Virus record (IMG/VR): IMGVR_UViG_3300025840_004398
From: a virus
Taxonomy: Duplodnaviria; Caudoviricetes
Length of the DNA stretch: 64,000 bases
Strand: one strand, 5' to 3'
The notes beneath the pieces were generated by a model. That model ran no database searches and was not told the origin of the DNA. It worked only from the letters and a program-made list of their open reading frames with translations. Every line of letters begins with the position of its first letter. The stretch's first letter is position 1. The position numbers were made by a program, and so were the translations under genes. Below, in pieces: positions 35,959 to 45,148 of this stretch.

Positions 35959-37156
35959 AGAAAAATCAAGATTCTTAACAAAAGAGGCCGAATTTAAAAG
36001 AAATAAACAAAAAACCTTACTTCATTTTGAATTGTCAAATAAATGCAATTCTCAATGTCCTGGATGTCCGCGATACTTTTTAAATACACCAGTTATAAAT
36101 CCGGCTTTAACATTGTCTGAAGTAAAATATGAAGATTTTGTAAAATGGATTCCTGAATATATATTACAAACAGCTTCTAAAATAAACATATGTGGTGGTC
36201 ATGGAGACCCAATATTATGTACAGATTTAATTAAAATACTTGAGTACATAAAAATAAATTTAGGACAATCTGGGTTTGTTGAGATAAGAACAAACGGTGG
36301 AACACGAAGTGAGAAATTTTGGAAAACACTTGCAGAAATATCTAATAACAGAATTGTATTAATTTTTAGTGTAGATGGTTTAGAAGATACAAATCACAAG
36401 TATAGAAGAAATGTAAAGTGGAATGTTCTTGAAAAGAACATAAAAACCTTTACCGAAAATGGAGGTATTGGGTTTCAAGAATGTTTACTTTTTAAACACA
36501 ATGAACACCAAAAAGATGAAATAAAAAAATGGAATTCTGAAATTGGACTAAAGGAAGTTACATTTAAAAGACCAATCGGTTTTGATAACTATGTGGACAA
36601 AAAGTCAAAACCCATGCCAGTTTACGACAATTGGGGGGATATAGATTACTTAATTGAGCCTGCTAATGAATATATACCCGATGGTTTTGTTTATGATAAA
36701 AATGATTTTGAAAGAAATTTACCCTTTATAGACAAAGCTAAAAAATCGTGCGATTTTAATCCAGATGAAATTAATTATGATAATTATTTACACTTTAATG
36801 ATGTAGAAATTAAATGTAAATCCATCACAGATAATAGTGTTGAGTATTATATGAACACACATGGAACTCTATATCCTTGTTGTTATATTCCCACTCATGA
36901 AAATATAAAAGTACCAATTGATGAAATAAAACAAATTAGAAAAATATTGGATAATTCCAATAATCAATATAATTTAAATTATAACTCCTTTGAAAATATA
37001 ATTGATTTGTTTGATAATAATTTAGTTCCAACTTGGGACAAAAAAGTTGAAGATGGAAAGTGCTTATATTGCTCAAGACAGTGTGGAGTTGATAAATCTA
37101 TACAAGACCTATTTGTAGATGGTCCTCCTGATTATTTATTGAAATCAATAATATGA
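35948..37156 (+). CDS. radical SAM protein with C-terminal SPASM-like domain
   Basis: FELSNKCNSQCPGC, CGGHGDP, TNGG, FSVDG; C-terminal GTLYPCC...CLYCSRQC; ends KSII. Confidence 0.88.
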   Translation: MSFREKSRFLTKEAEFKRNKQKTLLHFELSNKCNSQCPGCPRYFLNTPVINPALTLSEVKYEDFVKWIPEYILQTASKINICGGHGDPILCTDLIKILEYIKINLGQSGFVEIRTNGGTRSEKFWKTLAEISNNRIVLIFSVDGLEDTNHKYRRNVKWNVLEKNIKTFTENGGIGFQECLLFKHNEHQKDEIKKWNSEIGLKEVTFKRPIGFDNYVDKKSKPMPVYDNWGDIDYLIEPANEYIPDGFVYDKNDFERNLPFIDKAKKSCDFNPDEINYDNYLHFNDVEIKCKSITDNSVEYYMNTHGTLYPCCYIPTHENIKVPIDEIKQIRKILDNSNNQYNLNYNSFENIIDLFDNNLVPTWDKKVEDGKCLYCSRQCGVDKSIQDLFVDGPPDYLLKSII

Positions 37157-37830
37157 AAAATATATGGTTTTTTGGAGATAGTTTTACAGATGGAACTCAA
37201 TGTAATCCTGGTGATGAATACTATGAAACTTATGCTGAATTGGTTAGTGAAAAATGGACAACTATCGTTTCACGAGAAATGGAAGGTATTGAAAAATTAA
37301 AATCACTACCAGCATGTTCAGTACATTACATTTTAAAAGAGTTAATACTAAATTTAAGTAAATTTAAAAAAGATGATATAGTAATTTTATCTGGTACTAT
37401 AATTGAAAGATTGGATACCTATGCCAATTGGCATAAAAATGAAAAAGAACTTTCAAAAGATATTAGGAATAAAATAATATCTAAACCAATTATGTATGAA
37501 TTATTAGAAGAAAAAAAATACTCTGATATTATTTCATTAAAACGTAGAGTAAATTTATTAGAATATATGGAGCACAATATATTCCCATATGTACAATATA
37601 TAAAAAAAGACTTTGAAGAACAGATATATTCTATAAAACATGAATTAATAAAAAGAGGAGTTGATTTTTTTTATTGGGAACATTCTGATGTATATAAATT
37701 CGAATCAATAGAAAAAGAAACAAATGGTAAAATCAAAGATGGTCATTTCAGTTGGAAAGGCCACAAAGATTTTGCAAAATATTTTTTAACAGAATATGTT
37801 AAATTACCCAAATATATAAATTTAATATAA
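37153..37830 (+). CDS. SGNH-like protein, paralog of 1931
   Basis: WFFGDSFT; ETNGKIKDGHFSWKGH; ends KYINLI. Confidence 0.75.
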   Translation: MKNIWFFGDSFTDGTQCNPGDEYYETYAELVSEKWTTIVSREMEGIEKLKSLPACSVHYILKELILNLSKFKKDDIVILSGTIIERLDTYANWHKNEKELSKDIRNKIISKPIMYELLEEKKYSDIISLKRRVNLLEYMEHNIFPYVQYIKKDFEEQIYSIKHELIKRGVDFFYWEHSDVYKFESIEKETNGKIKDGHFSWKGHKDFAKYFLTEYVKLPKYINLI

Positions 37831-37837
37831 TTTAATT

Positions 37838-38005
37838 ATGCAAAGTTTAAAACTATATGAGTTGAAAATAGAACAACTCGAAAAAGAAAATAAAGACCTT
37901 AAACAACAACTTGAAAAACAAGAGTTAATAAAAGAAGGTTATAAAGAAGAAATTTCTAAGTGGAATAAAAAATATAAAGATTTAAAAAATCAAATGATAA
38001 AATGA
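37838..38005 (+). CDS. small coiled-coil protein (55 aa)
   Basis: read by hand: MQSLKLYELKIEQLEKENKDLKQQ... Confidence 0.7.
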   Translation: MQSLKLYELKIEQLEKENKDLKQQLEKQELIKEGYKEEISKWNKKYKDLKNQMIK

Positions 38006-38130
38006 CACCACACGATATAAAACAAATTCAAAGAGAATTATCATTACTTAAAATGAAAGAAGTAATTACGATAAACGATAAATACAGAATACAAAAATTA
38101 CAACAATTATTAGACGAAAATTATGATTAG
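38002..38130 (+). CDS. small hypothetical protein (42 aa)
   Basis: read by hand: MTPHDIKQIQRELSLLKMKE...; ATGA overlap. Confidence 0.65.
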   Translation: MTPHDIKQIQRELSLLKMKEVITINDKYRIQKLQQLLDENYD

Positions 38131-39085
38131 AACAGCAGAATGTGTATCACCGATGCACCCAGATAAGATGTGTGATAGAATATCAGACACTCTTTTAGAT
38201 TTATATTTAGAACAAGACCCTAACTCACGAGTAGCAATTGAAACTTGTGGTGGTATGGGTGAAGTTTATATAACAGGAGAAGTTACTTCAAATGCAAATG
38301 TATCTGAAGAAAAAATTACCGAAGTAGTTAAAGAAATTGTGAAGGATGATGTTATCGTTCTTATAAACCTTAACTCACAATCACCAGAGATTGCAAATGG
38401 AGTTGATACTGGTGGTGCAGGAGACCAAGGAATTATGACTGGTTATGCTTGTAGAGAAAACGAACAACTACTACCACAAGAATATTTCCTTGCAAGAGAA
38501 CTCAACAAATTCATTTTTGAGAAGTTTCCTTTTGATGGTAAAACTCAAATCACTTTAGATAGAAATAGAATCAGAGCAGTTGCCTCTTTTCAGAAAGCAC
38601 CCACTACTGAACTATACACTTTGGTAACCGATTTCTTCAAAGAATACCCACAATACACTTTACAAGAAATCCATTGTAATCCTGCGGGTGATTGGAACAT
38701 TGGAGGATTTACTGCGGATGCAGGATTAACTGGTAGAAAACTTGCAGTAGATAATTATGGTCCTCGTATCCCAATCGGTGGAGGTGCGTTTAGTGGTAAA
38801 GACTCAACCAAAGTTGATAGAAGTGCTGCCTACATGGCTCGTAGAGTTGCAGTAGATATCTTAGAACAAAATCAAGAAGCACAAGAAGTATTCATTCAAC
38901 TCGCTTATGCAATTGGATATGACCAACCACTTCAGGCAACTGCAGTAATCGATGGAGTAGAAACTCCAATCGAAGGATATGATTTATCACCAAAAGGAAT
39001 TATCGAATTTTTAGATTTAAGAAAACCAATCTTTGCAGAAACCGCAAAGTTTGGACATATGGGTGCAGGATTTTCTTGGAAATAA
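38123..39085 (+). CDS. metK: S-adenosylmethionine synthetase
   Basis: HPDKMCDRISD, GAGDQG, GLTGRK, GGGAFSGKD.TKVDRSAAY, FGH. Confidence 0.95.
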   Translation: MIRTAECVSPMHPDKMCDRISDTLLDLYLEQDPNSRVAIETCGGMGEVYITGEVTSNANVSEEKITEVVKEIVKDDVIVLINLNSQSPEIANGVDTGGAGDQGIMTGYACRENEQLLPQEYFLARELNKFIFEKFPFDGKTQITLDRNRIRAVASFQKAPTTELYTLVTDFFKEYPQYTLQEIHCNPAGDWNIGGFTADAGLTGRKLAVDNYGPRIPIGGGAFSGKDSTKVDRSAAYMARRVAVDILEQNQEAQEVFIQLAYAIGYDQPLQATAVIDGVETPIEGYDLSPKGIIEFLDLRKPIFAETAKFGHMGAGFSWK

Positions 39086-39086
39086 A

Positions 39087-39120
39087 TTTGGAAATATAAA
39101 AAATTATTCGTATCTTTGTA
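39087..39120 (+). promoter_or_regulatory. Bacteroidetes sigma-A type promoter
   Basis: TTTG 39087, 20-nt spacer, TATCTTTG 39111-39118. Confidence 0.8.
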
Positions 39121-39137
39121 TAACAAAACTATAATAA

Positions 39138-39608
39138 ATGAAAAAGTATAAAGTTATTTTAATTAGTGGAGGATTTGACCCTGTTCATAGAGGACACATC
39201 GAATGTATTAATAATGCCAAAGAACTTGCTGATGAAGTTTGGATTGGTCTTAATAACGATAGATGGTTACAACAGAAAAAAGGTAAAGCATTTATGAACG
39301 AAAAAGAAAGACATTTTATAATGAGTAATCTTAAAAATGTTGATTGGGTTTATATAATGAATCCCAAAGACTACGAAGATAAAACTGCAATTGATTTCAT
39401 AGAACAAGCTAGATTAAAATATATCAAAGAAAATGGTGAATTACCAAAAGGTGTAATGGCATTTGGTAATGGTGGTGATAGAACAGAAACTACAACACCA
39501 GAAAATGATACTTGTAATGGATTTGGAATTGATTCAGTATGGGGATTGGGAGAAAAAGTACAATCTTCATCTTGGTTATTAGAAAAGTATTTAAATATTG
39601 CAGAATAA
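39138..39608 (+). CDS. cytidylyltransferase-like nucleotidyltransferase (HxGH)
   Basis: SGGFDPVHRGH, GLNNDRWL..KKG, FGNGGDR, KVQSSS. Confidence 0.88.
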   Translation: MKKYKVILISGGFDPVHRGHIECINNAKELADEVWIGLNNDRWLQQKKGKAFMNEKERHFIMSNLKNVDWVYIMNPKDYEDKTAIDFIEQARLKYIKENGELPKGVMAFGNGGDRTETTTPENDTCNGFGIDSVWGLGEKVQSSSWLLEKYLNIAE

Positions 39609-39847
39609 TGAATATAGAACAATTAGTAAAAGATTATCCCAACGATATGGAGTTGGGTGGGAAGATTAGAGAACTCTATTGGAAAGGTAGAGAGAACTTT
39701 GATACTCTAAAAGAAAAAATGAAAGATGCAAAAATCTTTGAATCACCAGATGGAGGTAAAACTGTTTATGTTCGTGGGTGGGGTGAAGATGTTTCTTCAA
39801 GAAAAAAAGTTACAACACAATTAAATTTATTCGATGAGGCTAATTAA
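39608..39847 (+). CDS. hypothetical protein
   Basis: start reassigned to 39608; DYPNDMELG and IFESPDGGKTVY. Confidence 0.75.
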   Translation: MNIEQLVKDYPNDMELGGKIRELYWKGRENFDTLKEKMKDAKIFESPDGGKTVYVRGWGEDVSSRKKVTTQLNLFDEAN

Positions 39848-40448
39848 AGACCCAAATAAGTTGAGAAAACCATTGGAACCAAAACCAATGACTCAAGAAC
39901 AGATTGATGAAATATCAACAACTCTATTAACAGAACTTACAAAACATGGTGGTATAGGATTATCTGCAAACCAAATAGGTTTAGATGTTCGTGCCTGTGT
40001 AATCAATGTAAAAGAACCTTTGGTACTAATAAACCCAATCGTTACAGAAGTATCAAAAGATACCGTTGCATATGTAGAACAATGTTTATCATTAGATAAA
40101 ACAATGAAGAAACCTGTCAAGACTGTAAGACATAAATCATTTACAGTTGAGTGTGATAATTTAGGAACTGTTATCTTTTCACCAGACCAAAAAGAACCTT
40201 GGAAGGATTCTAATGAATTCTTTTCAGATGAGGGGTTATTAGAGTGTGTTTGTGCACAACACGAACTAGACCACCTTAATGGGGTTCTAATCACCGATAA
40301 AATCAGAAGATATACAACAACAGTTGTATCAACTAAAAAGTATGGTAGAAACGATAGAGTAATGGTAAAACTTGCTAATGGAGATACTGAATTTATGAAG
40401 TATAAAAAGGCACAACCTTTACTTTCACAAGGAGCAGAAATCCTCTAA
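39834..40448 (+). CDS. def: peptide deformylase
   Basis: GIGLSANQIG, EQCLS, AQHELDH; C-terminal KYGRND extension. Confidence 0.9.
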   Translation: MRLIKDPNKLRKPLEPKPMTQEQIDEISTTLLTELTKHGGIGLSANQIGLDVRACVINVKEPLVLINPIVTEVSKDTVAYVEQCLSLDKTMKKPVKTVRHKSFTVECDNLGTVIFSPDQKEPWKDSNEFFSDEGLLECVCAQHELDHLNGVLITDKIRRYTTTVVSTKKYGRNDRVMVKLANGDTEFMKYKKAQPLLSQGAEIL

Positions 40449-40461
40449 AAAATTTGTAAAA

Positions 40462-40725
40462 ATGGGAAAACTTATATTTAGATATACAGATGAACTCGTA
40501 GAAGATATACGAGAAGCAAAAGAAATTGAACTCACCGTACCAGATGATATGGATATCAATGAGTTTAAAGTTATGTGTGTAAGAATGGCATCTGCTATGG
40601 GATATCAAGAAAAATCTATCCAAAAATCATTTGGAGATTTGGTTTTCGGTGATGAAGATGTAAACACATTAAAGGAATTATTAGATGAACTTAACATCAA
40701 AAGAAACAATCAAGAATTTGAATGA
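40462..40725 (+). CDS. conserved phage hypothetical protein
   Basis: ORF track. Confidence 0.8.
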   Translation: MGKLIFRYTDELVEDIREAKEIELTVPDDMDINEFKVMCVRMASAMGYQEKSIQKSFGDLVFGDEDVNTLKELLDELNIKRNNQEFE

Positions 40726-40975
40726 ACGCCTATTTACTCAATCAGCAGTTATTGAAACCCTCTGTGAATTGTTGATTAGTAAAGAAGTGGTTACACATGA
40801 TGAGTTAGAAAATCTCATTTACAATAATATAGAAACTCGAAAAGACGAGTTAAAAGAACTAACAAAAAAACTCAAACCAACTAAGATACAAATCTCAGTT
40901 GAAGATGAGTTTAATAATGCATTTGATGAGGGTCTAATGGAGGGAATGTACTTCGGTCCAATTGGTGAATGTTAA
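40685..40975 (+). CDS. hypothetical protein
   Basis: ORF track; possible alternative TTG start at 40718. Confidence 0.7.
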   Translation: MNLTSKETIKNLNERLFTQSAVIETLCELLISKEVVTHDELENLIYNNIETRKDELKELTKKLKPTKIQISVEDEFNNAFDEGLMEGMYFGPIGEC

Positions 40976-40991
40976 GATAACTTAATATTTA

Positions 40992-41025
40992 TTTGGATAT
41001 ATAAGATATTTTTCGTATCTTTGTA
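40992..41025 (+). promoter_or_regulatory. Bacteroidetes sigma-A type promoter
   Basis: TTTG 40992, 20-nt spacer, TATCTTTG 41016-41023. Confidence 0.8.
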
Positions 41026-41051
41026 AAAGTATTATCCCAAAAGGAGAAACT

Positions 41052-41636
41052 ATGAAAAAATATAATGTAATAGGACTTGTATCCCTTATATCATTAATAC
41101 TGATGAGTTTTACAAGTTATATAATGAGAGATTCTGTTGAAACAACAATCCTCAAAGCAAAACCAATAGTAACGATAGAACCTACTATTGAAATTAAACC
41201 AATCAAAATTGAAATTGACCAAACACAAATGTTCTTAGATGCAATCGGAATGAGAGAATCATCAAACCGATACGATGTTGTGAACAAATGGGGATATATG
41301 GGAAAATATCAATTTGGAAGAAGAACTCTTAAATCATTGGGTTACGATATAACAAAAAAAGAGTTTTTGAATTCACCAATACTACAAGAAAGAGCAATGT
41401 TAGATTTACTAAATCACAATAAGAAAATTTTACAGAAGTATATAAATTATTGGGATGGTAAAAAAATCAATGGTACTATAATTACCGAAAGTGGTATCTT
41501 AGCAGCTGCACATCTTGCAGGACCTGGTAATGTTAAAAGATTCCTTAAAGAAGGAAAAGAATTTAAAGATGGCAATGGTACAAAACTTACAAGATACCTT
41601 ACCTTATTTAGCGGTTATGAAATAAATATCGATTAA
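41052..41636 (+). CDS. lysozyme-fold / lytic transglycosylase-like protein with N-terminal anchor
   Basis: AIGMRESSNRY..VN..GYMGKYQFG...L...Q; AAAHLAG. Confidence 0.75.
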   Translation: MKKYNVIGLVSLISLILMSFTSYIMRDSVETTILKAKPIVTIEPTIEIKPIKIEIDQTQMFLDAIGMRESSNRYDVVNKWGYMGKYQFGRRTLKSLGYDITKKEFLNSPILQERAMLDLLNHNKKILQKYINYWDGKKINGTIITESGILAAAHLAGPGNVKRFLKEGKEFKDGNGTKLTRYLTLFSGYEINID

Positions 41637-41637
41637 T

Positions 41638-41913
41638 ATGTTAGAACTATTTACAACCTATAATATCATTATTGGTATTTCGGTTATCACAAATGTTATA
41701 TTATTGGTAGGTGTTAGAAACCTACTTAGACAGAACGAACAGTTGGAAGATAGATTAGTTGAAACCAATGATTTCGTAAAGAATAAAGTAGAAGCATCAC
41801 TTGATAGAATGAGACAATTAGATTTCAAACAAGCCTTTGAAAAAGATGATGAAGTTGGTGTAACTTTCCAAGAATTAAAAAAAGTAGTTGAAGAACTAAA
41901 CAACGACCTATAA
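41638..41913 (+). CDS. single-TM coiled-coil protein
   Basis: ORF track. Confidence 0.75.
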   Translation: MLELFTTYNIIIGISVITNVILLVGVRNLLRQNEQLEDRLVETNDFVKNKVEASLDRMRQLDFKQAFEKDDEVGVTFQELKKVVEELNNDL

Positions 41914-41914
41914 T

Positions 41915-42688
41915 ATGGCCAAACAAAGAAGAAAAAAATCCAAAATATATTTTGGTACTCCTGCACAAGAAGCAATCATAGAATACAACAAATCAAAAGA
42001 CCCAGCAGAAAGGTCTAAGATTTACGAAACAAGAATTAAATATCCTTTTGAAAAACTTGCAGAAAATGTTTTAAACACATTTAAATTTACTTACTTTGAT
42101 GTTCCTAAGAAAGATATACAAACAGAAGTAGTTTCTACAATGGTAGAAAAAATGCATATGTTTAAAGAAGGTAAGGGGAGAGCGTTTTCATACTTTACTA
42201 TTATTGCAAAAAACCATCTTATCTTAAAAAATAATGGAAATTATAAAAGGTGGAAACAAAATTCACTTCTTTCAGAGATGCCAGAAACTTGGAATCCTGA
42301 AAATGATTTTGAAGTAGTACAAGAGAATAATGAGTTTAAAGAATTTAAATATATGATGATTGCATATTGGGATAGAAATTTAAACTCCGTATTTACAAAG
42401 AAAAGAGATTTACAAATTGCTGATGCCGTATTAGAATTATTTAGACGAAGTGACCATATAGAAAACTTTAATAAAAAACATCTATACCTACTTATAAGAG
42501 AGATGACTGATTGTAAAACTCACTACATCACCAAAGTTGTAAATGTAATGAAACAACATCAGAAAAAAATGTTAAATGAGTATCTTGAACATGGTGAGTT
42601 TAAAGAACCAAATAGAAAACCATTTTGGCAAAAACCAACTCAAGAAGATGAGGGTGAGAACCCATATTTAGATAACGAATTTTTATAG
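41915..42688 (+). CDS. RNA polymerase sigma-factor-like protein (candidate late sigma)
   Basis: region-2-like LAENVLNTFKF...DIQTE...KMHMFKEGKGRAFSYFTIIAKNHLI. Confidence 0.55.
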   Translation: MAKQRRKKSKIYFGTPAQEAIIEYNKSKDPAERSKIYETRIKYPFEKLAENVLNTFKFTYFDVPKKDIQTEVVSTMVEKMHMFKEGKGRAFSYFTIIAKNHLILKNNGNYKRWKQNSLLSEMPETWNPENDFEVVQENNEFKEFKYMMIAYWDRNLNSVFTKKRDLQIADAVLELFRRSDHIENFNKKHLYLLIREMTDCKTHYITKVVNVMKQHQKKMLNEYLEHGEFKEPNRKPFWQKPTQEDEGENPYLDNEFL

Positions 42689-42694
42689 AAAAAA

Positions 42695-44401
42695 ATGAAA
42701 GGTTATATTTTAGGAATATCGTGTGGATATCACGATAGTGCAGCTGCACTGATTAAAGATGGAAAAGTTTTAGGAGCGGTAGAAGAAGAAAGATTTACTG
42801 GTATAAAACACGATTCATCTTTTCCTATTAATACAATCCAATGGTTATACAAAGAATTCAAAATAGAAGGTGAGGATATAGAATCAGTTGCTTTCTATGA
42901 TAATCCCAAAACCAAATTAGATAGAATACAAAAATCTCTTAAACGAGGACCTATATCTCAATATTTTAATCGTGGTAAAATTCTAAAAAGAAATAAAATA
43001 AAATACGATACTTTTGAAAAACAAATTTATGGTATTACACATACCAACGTAAATATATTTTATTCAGACCACCACCTTTCACACGCATCATATTCCTTTT
43101 ACACATCTCCATATGATAGAGCATCTATTCTTTCGGTAGATGGAGTTGGTGAATGGGAAACAACCACTCTTTGGTATGGTGAAGGAAATAAGATTTCAAA
43201 AATACAACAGATTAACTTCCCACATTCACTTGGGATGTTATATTCAGCCTTTACTGCTTTCTTAGGTTTCAAACCAAACGAAGGTGAGTACAAAGTTATG
43301 GGTTTGGCTCCATATGGTGACCCAAAAACGTTTCTTAATAAATTTAGGAAACTATATACCCTCACAGATGATGGTGGATTCGAACTGAATATGGAATACT
43401 TTACATATGATTGGTCAGATACTCATATGTTTAACGAGAAGTTGGGACAACTCTTGGGTATTCCAAATCGGTTACCTGAAGATAATTTAAATCAACCTCA
43501 CAAAGATTTATCAGCAACTCTACAACACGAATACGAATTTCTATTCTTTAGATTAGTAAATAGATTATTCGCAGTTCGTTCATCTAACAATTTATGTTTG
43601 AGTGGTGGATGTGCATACAATGGAACTGCAAATGGAAAGATATTAGAGAAATCAAACTTTAAGAATGTTTGGATTCCACCTGCTCCATCTGATGCTGGTT
43701 CTGCTATCGGTGCCGCACTTCATGTTTATTTCGAAATGGGGGGAACTCAAAAGGTAGATAACACAACTCCTTATCTTGGTCCTCACTACAAAAACGAAGA
43801 TGTAGAAAAGGCTTTAGAAGAAATGGATGTAGATGTTTGGTTCGAAAAGAAATCACATTCAGAAATAATTCCTTTAATCTCAAAAGAAATCACAGAAGGA
43901 AATGTAGTAGGTTGGTTTGAAGGTAAAATGGAATTTGGTTCTCGTGCATTAGGAAATCGTTCTATTTTAGCAAATCCATGTGACCCACAAATGAAATCAA
44001 GGGTAAATCGAGTAATTAAAAAGAGAGAAGGATTCAGACCCTTTGCTCCAATGGTAAAGTTAGAAGAACAAACAAAATACTTTGATTATAAAAAAGAAGT
44101 TCCTTATATGAATCAAGTGGTAAAGGTAAAAGAAGAGCATCAATCTAAATTACCAGCAATCACTCATGTTGATGGTTCTGCAAGAATTCAATCAGTTACC
44201 AAAAGACAACATAAGAGAATCTACGAACTTCTCACACAACTTCACAAAGATAATGGATATCCAATAGTTCTCAACACTTCATTCAATTTAAAAGACCAAA
44301 CAATGGTTTTAGACCCAAGAACTGCAATCGAAACTTTCTTAGATTGTGAAATGGATACTTTAGTAATTCACAATTATATTATAAAGAAAAAGATTTTATA
44401 A
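42695..44401 (+). CDS. carbamoyltransferase (NodU/CmcH/TobZ family)
   Basis: HDSAAAL..EEERF..KH, HHLSHA, DGVGE, GEYKVMGLAPYG, GFRPFAP, HVDGSARIQ, NTSFN; ends KKKIL. Confidence 0.95.
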   Translation: MKGYILGISCGYHDSAAALIKDGKVLGAVEEERFTGIKHDSSFPINTIQWLYKEFKIEGEDIESVAFYDNPKTKLDRIQKSLKRGPISQYFNRGKILKRNKIKYDTFEKQIYGITHTNVNIFYSDHHLSHASYSFYTSPYDRASILSVDGVGEWETTTLWYGEGNKISKIQQINFPHSLGMLYSAFTAFLGFKPNEGEYKVMGLAPYGDPKTFLNKFRKLYTLTDDGGFELNMEYFTYDWSDTHMFNEKLGQLLGIPNRLPEDNLNQPHKDLSATLQHEYEFLFFRLVNRLFAVRSSNNLCLSGGCAYNGTANGKILEKSNFKNVWIPPAPSDAGSAIGAALHVYFEMGGTQKVDNTTPYLGPHYKNEDVEKALEEMDVDVWFEKKSHSEIIPLISKEITEGNVVGWFEGKMEFGSRALGNRSILANPCDPQMKSRVNRVIKKREGFRPFAPMVKLEEQTKYFDYKKEVPYMNQVVKVKEEHQSKLPAITHVDGSARIQSVTKRQHKRIYELLTQLHKDNGYPIVLNTSFNLKDQTMVLDPRTAIETFLDCEMDTLVIHNYIIKKKIL

Positions 44402-44410
44402 GATATTTAT

Positions 44411-44541
44411 GATTATAGAAGGGATGGAAAAAACTTTTAAAGTTCGTTAGTTTAGAAACACTACTAGCATCCATATGATACCCTAATCGTAATTCAAAAT
44501 GATTCGATAGAAACCCACCAATAGGTGGGTTTGGTTTTTTA
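44411..44541 (+). ncRNA. candidate small non-coding transcript
   Basis: TATTTATG motif at 44404, about 100 nt with only a 13-codon ORF and several complementary segments, closed by its own terminator. Confidence 0.25.
44511..44541 (+). terminator. intrinsic terminator
   Basis: AAACCCACC-AATA-GGTGGGTTT plus T-run. Confidence 0.8.
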
Positions 44542-44559
44542 TATAAATTCCACTTTAAC

Positions 44560-44597
44560 TTAACACTAAATTAACATTACATAACATTTTCTTAACA
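44560..44597 (+). promoter_or_regulatory. four phased (T/A)TAACA direct repeats
   Basis: TAACA at 44561, 44572, 44582, 44593 (11/10/11-bp period). Confidence 0.55.
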
Positions 44598-44603
44598 TTG
44601 GTG

Positions 44604-44611
44604 TATTTATA
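44604..44611 (+). promoter_or_regulatory. candidate late-promoter motif TATTTATA
   Basis: followed by AAGAGGA and ATG 44628. Confidence 0.45.
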
Positions 44612-44627
44612 ATAAAGAGGAATACCT

Positions 44628-44960
44628 ATGAGAACACAACATTTACTTTTAGTAAAAATGGTTAAGATAGTGTGTATTCTTTTATTAGCACTATTTAGTA
44701 CACCAATTTTCTCCCAAACTTCAGAAGGAGAAATAAAAAAGTACAAACAAGATTGTCAAACAGGTTACTTCATCAAGAAAGATGGTAAATGGTTAAGACA
44801 TGGTATATGGAAACATCACTATGCATCTGCCGAGTATGACAATGGACAAATGGTTTGGATTGAATTAAAAGATGGTAGAAAGTTTACCTCAGAACAAATC
44901 AAAATCAAACAATTAGAATTAAAGATTGCGAGATTAGAAGAAAGAATCGCATCTAACTAA
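44628..44960 (+). CDS. secreted hypothetical protein
   Basis: signal-like LLLALFSTPIFS-Q; C-terminal coiled coil. Confidence 0.75.
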   Translation: MRTQHLLLVKMVKIVCILLLALFSTPIFSQTSEGEIKKYKQDCQTGYFIKKDGKWLRHGIWKHHYASAEYDNGQMVWIELKDGRKFTSEQIKIKQLELKIARLEERIASN

Positions 44961-44965
44961 AATCT

Positions 44966-44994
44966 AAAACCCACCAACTCGGTGGGTTTTTTTT
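44966..44994 (+). terminator. intrinsic terminator
   Basis: AAAACCCACC-AACTC-GGTGGGTTTT plus T-run. Confidence 0.85.
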
Positions 44995-45148
44995 CATATA
45001 TATTTTATTAAATACAAACGATAATTGAGGATTCCATATATATTAGCTAATTTTTTTATGGACTTTTCATAGTTATTTGATGGATATCCCAATGTTTTGT
45101 AATATGAAAAAGTTATAGATTGCTTAACCAAAACAAAGGAGATAATTT

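Noticed and set aside
41052-41913. Complete lysis cassette (endolysin, holin, spanin)
   Set aside because: The lysozyme-fold call is reasonable, but the neighbour has one TM with no holin or spanin hallmark, no o-spanin lipoprotein is adjacent, and the promoter is early-type.
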